A DNA stretch of 64,000 nucleotides, from the NCBI GenBank assembly GCA_044892525.1, contig CM097886.1:60078001-60142000 (forward strand), in the 5' to 3' direction. Every line of letters begins with the position of its first letter. Position 1 is the stretch's first letter. The stretch is from Schmidtea polychroa. Its lineage: Eukaryota. A program made the position numbers and the translations under genes. This document shows, one piece after another, positions 61,591 to 64,000 of this stretch. Under the pieces are notes generated by a model that did not search any database, was not told where the DNA came from, and saw nothing but the letters and a program-made list of their open reading frames with translations.

Positions 61591-61938
61591 GTGAAATTTA
61601 ATTGAATTTGAAATCATCTGTAATATACTTGGTTAATAAAGTTATATTTAGGAATGGGTTTCAACAATTTCTTCCAGCCACTTTATTTTACAGTTACTAA
61701 ATTCCATAATAAATCGAAATGTACTCTTTATTGCTGTGAAATAGATGAAAATCGAATATGAAAAAGCAAATGGGATCGTTACCCACTAAATCTGCGCACG
61801 GGGGGGTGAAACAGGGCCGATTAAGAAACATTTTGACGCAATTTTACAGAATAAATAAATCAAAAACCTGTAAACAAATTGAATGAAAATTTCTTAGATT
61901 TTTTTTATATTTATATTTATATTTTATACTTAGCTCTA

Positions 61939-62133
61939 GGTTCTAGGACAAAATGTCACCGGACAAAATGTAGTGGACAAAATGTCGTGGACAAAATATA
62001 CATACTCAGAGTTTATCCGACAAAATATTTTGTCCCCCTATGGGTATTGGTCGCAAAGGTACTGATCACACTCAACATGTCGCAATGGTATATTATCAAC
62101 AACATTTATACCATGACATTTTGTCCGGCCACC
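61939..62133. mobile_element. GG...CC MITE with 8-bp TSD (Mutator- or Merlin-like)
   Basis: TIRs GGTTCTAGGACAAAATGTC / GACATTTTGTCCGGCCACC, TSD TAGCTCTA (61931-61938 and 62134-62141) and tandem GGACAAAATGT subrepeats. Confidence 0.85.
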
Positions 62134-62622
62134 TAGCTCTATATTGAAAAAAGGAAAGTAAAGGAAATTAAAAGCGAAAATAGATTTTAAAATAATAAGA
62201 TTTTACAAATGTATCTCCTTCAGATACAAACCAATCCTAAAAGTAATCGAATTATATATCCGAAAAATATGTATGTCACTGGTTACTATGAAAACCATGA
62301 ACAAGGTTAATTAACTCCTTAACTCTTTAGATATGTACCATTGGGTGTTATGACTATATTTTGTACCTTCTCTCGGTGCAGTAAATTCTTTGTAACCCCC
62401 ACCCACATCACTTTTCTCTGCTACTTTTTAGTAGATAATAATGTGCACCCCAGATCGACTCTCATGATTTTTAAAAAAAATTTTGGTCGAATTGGGAGGG
62501 AGTATGATTTTTTCAATTTTGTTTTAATCAATGATTACATAACTATAAATGTTGGTTTTTATTTAATCAACGATTACATCATTAATTTAAATATTTTATA
62601 AGAAATTATGATATATCTATAT

Positions 62623-64000
62623 CAGTGTTCTTCAACCTGGGTTCCGCGGAACCCTTGGGTTCCGTATAAAAAATTATGGGTTCCGCGAACAAATTTTATG
62701 ATTTCTTATAAAAAAAGTTTTCAATATAAATAAACATATAATAATTTATATTTTATACATTGAAAATTTTCTGTTGTAAAATTTTACGCCTTGAAAATTT
62801 ATGAAATGCTACAATGACATTGAAATTTTTTTTATTTACTAAAAATGTAAGAAAAGTATAAATTATCAAAAATATTTGAGAATAATTCGATTTTTGCTTT
62901 AAATTTCAATATATAATCCTTTGAAATTTGAATATAGTTTCTAAAAATAAATTTATAATCATAGGATGCGGGAGTTACCTTGGTTTTGTGATACGTATGT
63001 GAAATTTGACGTGTATTTAATTTAGTTTCTAACTGGTGGATGTGTTTTATGTTAATCTTTAACTAAAAGTTAATATTTAATTAAAAAGTGTTTATTAAAA
63101 TAAATTTGTTTATCTGCCTTTATTGCAAAAAGTACAATTATTTAAAAAAAATAACTTTGAGTTTTAATTTATTTCATTTAGTGTAAATACAGGTATGTTA
63201 TTTTTTATTAAATATTAAATATTAAGTATGTGATGTAAAGGTAGAAAAAAAAGGGTTAAAAATGTATTAAACTTAAAATGTAAACATTTTTTCTAAATTT
63301 AATCTTTTATATTTAAACATTCAACTTTTATATATTTAAACATTTCATTTATAACTTTATATTAAAATATGTATGAATTTTTTTTCTATTTATTAAGTTT
63401 TCATAATTTTAATTAATTTTCGAAATTTCCCAACATTTTTAACCTCTTTTGGAGGTTTTTTGATAAGTTTAGTTTTGTCATAAAATCGATTTTATTTAAA
63501 TTTAAATTAAATTAGGATACCATACCGTTATATAATGGATACTTGGTTAAAAACTGGAAAGCTTCCTGCTAAGGTCAAGGAAGTTAATTTAGAAACTGAA
63601 ACAGCATCGAAAGACAATGCAGTTAGTTCTAGGCTTGATACAGAAACATCATCGAAAAATCTGCCTTCTAAAAACAAAATAGCTAATGATTCAGATAAAT
63701 CCACTAAAAAAAGAAAGTATGATGACGAATATTTAAAATTTGGATTCGCCTGGATTGGTAATGAAAAAGAACCAAATGGATTATGCGTAGAGTGTGAAAA
63801 AGTAATGCATAACAGTAGTTTAAATCCAGCAAAAATGAAAAGACATTTGGAAACTAATCACCCGACTTTAAAAAATAAAAGTATTGAGTATTTCCAGAAA
63901 AAGTGTAATGAGCTTAAACAGAAAAATCAGCAATTTAAGAAATTCATACATGATGATAATATAAATGCTTTGAAAGCATCTTATTTGGTCAGTTATCGTG
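62623..64000 (+). mobile_element. Buster-type hAT transposon, 5' part (runs off the window)
   Basis: Left TIR CAGTGTTCTTCAACCT preceded by ATCTATAT. An ORF from ATG 63535 (MDTWLKTG..KKRKYDDEYLKFGF..LCVEC..MKRHLETNHP..ASYLVSYR) is open to the window end. Confidence 0.92.

Noticed and set aside
1-64000. tRNA, rRNA and snRNA genes
   Set aside because: No convincing cloverleaf, rRNA or snRNA signature seen by eye; a covariance-model scan was not possible.

Overview
Very AT-rich, transposon-dense eukaryotic DNA from an invertebrate animal (inferred from the gene content) with tiny 39-50 nt GT-AG introns and four N gaps. It is not prokaryotic, so the ORF track misses or truncates most real genes. 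Hand splicing recovers seven host genes: a complete stefin (type 1 cystatin), a large orphan secreted Lys/Asn/Glu-rich protein, a fibrinogen-related protein, a WD40 AAMP/Sqt1-like gene, a secreted FN2-coiled coil-kringle-C-type lectin mosaic, an EGR-type zinc-finger factor and the first exons of a hexokinase. The rest is mobile DNA: three Buster-type hAT elements (one intact with TIRs and TSD), a gag/protease-deleted short-LTR Gypsy element, two solo-LTR-like copies with 4-bp TSDs, a Penelope-like element with a hammerhead-like motif, pogo/Tigger relics, many MITEs, a palindrome family and a ~9 kb modular satellite/foldback block. The most notable signals are the lectin domain architecture, two hAT elements stacked in one 8-bp target site, the modular foldback block and the hammerhead motif. 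All calls come from reading motifs by eye; no database search was run.
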